Made by a program: the position numbers and the translations under genes. This document shows, piece by piece, positions 60,547 to 64,000 of a stretch of 64,000 nt of DNA; the stretch's first letter is position 1, and each line of letters begins with the position of its first letter. The notes beneath the pieces are model-generated. The model was given only the letters and a program-made list of their open reading frames with translations, searched no databases and was not told the origin of the DNA. Source of the stretch: Ostrea edulis (lineage: Eukaryota); assembly GCF_947568905.1 (NCBI RefSeq), contig NC_079166.1:54002001-54066000 (forward strand). Reading direction: 5' to 3'.

Positions 60547-63500
60547 ATGCCTAGGTGTGGATGTGGCCACCGCTTTCCCTCTGTAGACTCAGACACAGAG
60601 GATGAGGACAGTGATGATGAATACGTGCCATCTTGGATGAAACTTTGGGAACAAAGAGAGAAAAAGTTCATTTCGACAAGAGCCTTCAAATTGGCAGAGA
60701 AAACATTACGAACTTTTAACAAAGTTATCATACAAGGAGAGACTGGATGTGGTAAATCCGCCATTGCTCTAAACATAGCATTAAAGTATAGGTCTCGGAA
60801 GTGGGAGGTTGTAATGGTGAAAAATATCAGAGACATTAAATCTGCTCCTGTGAAAAGAAAATCCGTTCTCTTCATTATCAACGATCCGATAGGAAAAACT
60901 GCATTGGACGAAAAATCATGTAGACGGTGGTACTTACAGAAGAATTTGCTGAACCGTTATTTTTCGACAAATGGGCAGAATGAAAAAAAGATCAAAACTC
61001 CAAAAGTTATTGTGACTTGCAGGTCGACTCTTACTGAGAAGATTCTTGAATGCTATTTCAGTAAATTCACTGTCATTGATATGGACGAAGAGGAGATTAA
61101 AATCTGTAAAGAAGAAAAAGAAAAAATTTTAAAGAAGCATATAGATTGTTCAAAACTTACTGAAAGTGATATCAATGAATTACTTAAAACTGAAAAAGCA
61201 TTCCCCTTAATATCTGATATGGCGAATACCTGCAAAATTCTTGAAAGGGATTTACAAGCATTTTACAGAGAACCCTTTGAAGAAATAAAAAAGGAAATTT
61301 TGTCTTTGAAAGACAGTTCAAAAGAAAAGTTTTTATGTCTGTTTCTACTTACCTTGAGTGGAAATCGATTAACGAAAAGCAGTTTTGAAGAGGAAATACA
61401 TGATTGTGATGACACAAATAGCATGTACGAGGAGAATAGGATAGTCAATGATGACAGAGAAAATGAAAAGAAAAACAATGAGAAAAATAAAGAGGCGTTT
61501 ACTAACAACTATGATGGTGGTGACAACAAAGATGATGAAAATAAATATGTCAGCGTCAACAGCAATGATGAGGAANNNNNNNNNNNNNNNNNNNNNNNNN
61601 NNNNNNNNNNNNNNNNNNNNNNNNNNNNNNNNNNNNNNNNNNNNNNNNNNNNNNNNNNNNNNNNNNNNNNNNNNNNNNNNNNNNNNNNNNNNNNNNNNNN
61701 NNNNNNNNNNNNNNNNNNNNNNNNNNNNNNNNNNNNNNNNNNNNNNNNNNNNNNNATGATAGAGGACGTATTGGAAATTTTAAACTTTCCAGAAAACTTT
61801 TCTAAAAGAATTCTCTTCGAAAACTTTAAGTATCTCAGGGGTCACTACTTCGTGATGAGAGTGGGTAAAATTTTTCAAATTACAAACGATTCGTTTTTGC
61901 TGGCGTTGACTCATATATTTTGTACACATTTTCCAGAACTATTCTTGAAATACTGTCCAAGTAAATTCTTTCGTACTTTGACAACTTGCTCGATTGCAAA
62001 AGGGGGAATCTTTCCAAACGTTCAATTACAAGACGCATATATCAATTCATTTGTGGATAGAATTCTGGAAGATATAAAGAATGGCACATTTTTGGATGTT
62101 TTTCTGAGTCCTTGGATCCGGGATGTGAGAGTCTTGTCCAATCTGCAAATGCGATTCGAAGCAATCCCGTACGAAGATCTGATACGGGTGACTTTAACAT
62201 CAAAACTAGATGCTGACCTTACAATTGCAAGCTCGGAAGTACGAAAAAAAATGACTGGCTTGTCTCGACTGGATTTCATTGCACTAAGTAAGGAAGTATC
62301 TCCAATAATTCTGTCACTTATATTAAACCTGAACGATCTTTTCCACACCATGTTCACATTGATCAGAAAGAAGGCCGAGAATGAAGACAGATCTGAATGC
62401 TTCAAGAATGTTCCTTTAATGTGCGCCTGTTGTGTCAATGGACGAGAAGATCTTGCCAGACTAGTCATAGATAATGTTGATGACAAACATACATGCTGGA
62501 GTAAACGAGAAAATATCTACCCTGTGCACATTGCTGCCAACTTCCTGAACACTGACGTCTTAGGTCTTCTTTTAGATGGGGAGTGTGATGTTAACATAAC
62601 AACACAAAACAAAGAATCGCCTTTTTTCTTGGCATCAGCAGTCGAAAAGTGTCGAAAAGTACCATCTCCAAAATATCCACTGGACTAGTAGTCAGGCAGT
62701 GGGTCATTCCGCAAGAAAATACGAAGAGTTAGTGGAAGAAAACCGTTTAAAGACCCTTACTCTTCTTGAACAGAAAGGTGCAAATGTAAACAATCATCCT
62801 AGTGAATTACCTTCTGCCCTTGCTTTTTCTTGTCAAAGGGGATATGTCGATACAGTTCAGTTTATGATTAGGAATGGTGCGAATGTGAAAGAAACTGACG
62901 AAGAAAACCTTAATGCGCTACATTTTGCTTCAGAAGTAGGGAATATTGAAATTGTTCAATTGTTGCTGGAGAGTGGTGCAGATATAAATCTCAGTACCAC
63001 AAGAGGCCCGATGCCGTTATATTTAGCATCCCTTAATGGACACGTTGATGTAGTAGAGATGTTTCTTTCTAAAGATAGCACCCAAGAACTAAAAGGGAGA
63101 TTGATATACAATCCGTTCTCCGTAGCCTGCAAGCATGGCCATAAAAGGATCGTTGAAAGGCTTTTAGAATATGATAATCGTATATTATCTGATGACACTT
63201 CATCTTTGTCGACTGCTGTTGGTAATGGGCACAAGGAAATTGTTGAATTGCTTTTGAAAAATGGAGCTGATGCAAATATTTCTAAAAATGCAAGCAAGAT
63301 AAGCCCTTTATATTCTGCTGCTGGTTCCGGATATGATGATATTCTTAAATTATTACTGAACAGTGGTGTGAATGTTAACATGGAAACAAAAAATGCAAAT
63401 ACGGCTTTGGATATTGCGTCACAGAATGGCCACCGTTTGAACGTTCAGATATTACTAGAAAATGGTGCAAATGTCAATCATTGCACTATACAACAAGCAA

Positions 63501-64000
63501 CTGCATTATTCTATGCGGCAGATAATGGTCACTATGAAATAGTGATGCTACTTCTACGGAAGAAAGCAGATGTGAATATCTGCACGAAAAACGGAAACAG
63601 TCCCTTGATACGGGCTTCATCTTGTGGATATGAAAATATAGTTCGCGAACTTCTGAGTCATGGGGCTGATGTTAACCAATCCAATGTTGCGGGGATAACA
63701 GCACTGTATTTGGCGTCTGAAAATGGACATACTGATATTGTAAAACTTCTGTTAGTCAACAAAGCAGATGTCAACTTAGGTAAAAAAGATGGAAGCACTT
63801 CAATGTATATTGCATCTCGATATGGGCATCATGGAATTGTTCAAGAACTGTTAAAACACGGTAAAAATATCAATGGCACGAGCTCGAAAAACCCTTTGTT
63901 AATAGCCTCCTATTTCGGACATTATGACATTGTTGAAATTCTTTTGGGAAACGGGGCGAATGTTAACGTGCAGGATGACGTTGGAGACACTCCTTTGATA
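60547..64000 (+). pseudogene. Paralogue A, copy 3: frameshifted by a 10-bp tandem duplication; runs off the window
   Basis: gtcgaaaagt is duplicated at 62641-62660, giving a stop at 62688 (713 aa). The downstream ankyrin sequence continues out of frame to 64000. 180-N run at 61576-61755. Confidence 0.85.

Larger units (their letters stand above)
57576..64000. repeat. ~28.8-kb tandem segmental unit, copy 3 (partial, runs off the window)
   Basis: Collinear with 1-~6400 of copy 1, with private SNPs and a 10-bp duplication at 62641-62660. Confidence 0.96.

Noticed and set aside
1-64000. Whole array as a pure assembly artefact
   Set aside because: Three copies with private SNPs, a non-homopolymer 10-bp duplication and different microsatellite lengths argue for real copies. 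This cannot be fully excluded without reads.

Overview
AT-rich eukaryotic genomic DNA. The repeat families and gene type suggest a bivalve mollusc, probably an oyster; this is inference, not a database hit. The whole window is a head-to-tail tandem array of a ~28.8-kb unit: copy 1 = 1-28790, copy 2 = 28791-57575, partial copy 3 = 57576-64000. The copies differ only by scattered SNPs, microsatellite lengths and a few indels. Each unit carries two same-strand paralogues of an uninterrupted STAND-class P-loop NTPase (nSTAND3-like) plus ~26 ankyrin repeats, an NLR/Avs-like architecture with no recognisable N-terminal effector domain. Paralogue A is open in copies 1 and 2 (~1550 aa, with an N-run in an acidic insert) and is broken by a private 10-bp duplication in copy 3. 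Paralogue B has the same two frameshifts in both complete copies. Between and around the genes are: a 577-bp AcademH-like DNA transposon relic with RecQ-helicase motifs; a Penelope-like element (RT, GIY-YIG and a minimal hammerhead ribozyme) split by an RT-less DIRS/Ngaro-type element, which itself holds a 9-bp-TSD MITE; a perfect 334-bp displaced duplication; and several minisatellites. No rRNA, intact tRNA or CRISPR was found. The best candidate system is a copy-number-amplified, birth-and-death cluster of effector-less nSTAND3-ankyrin putative immune sensors.
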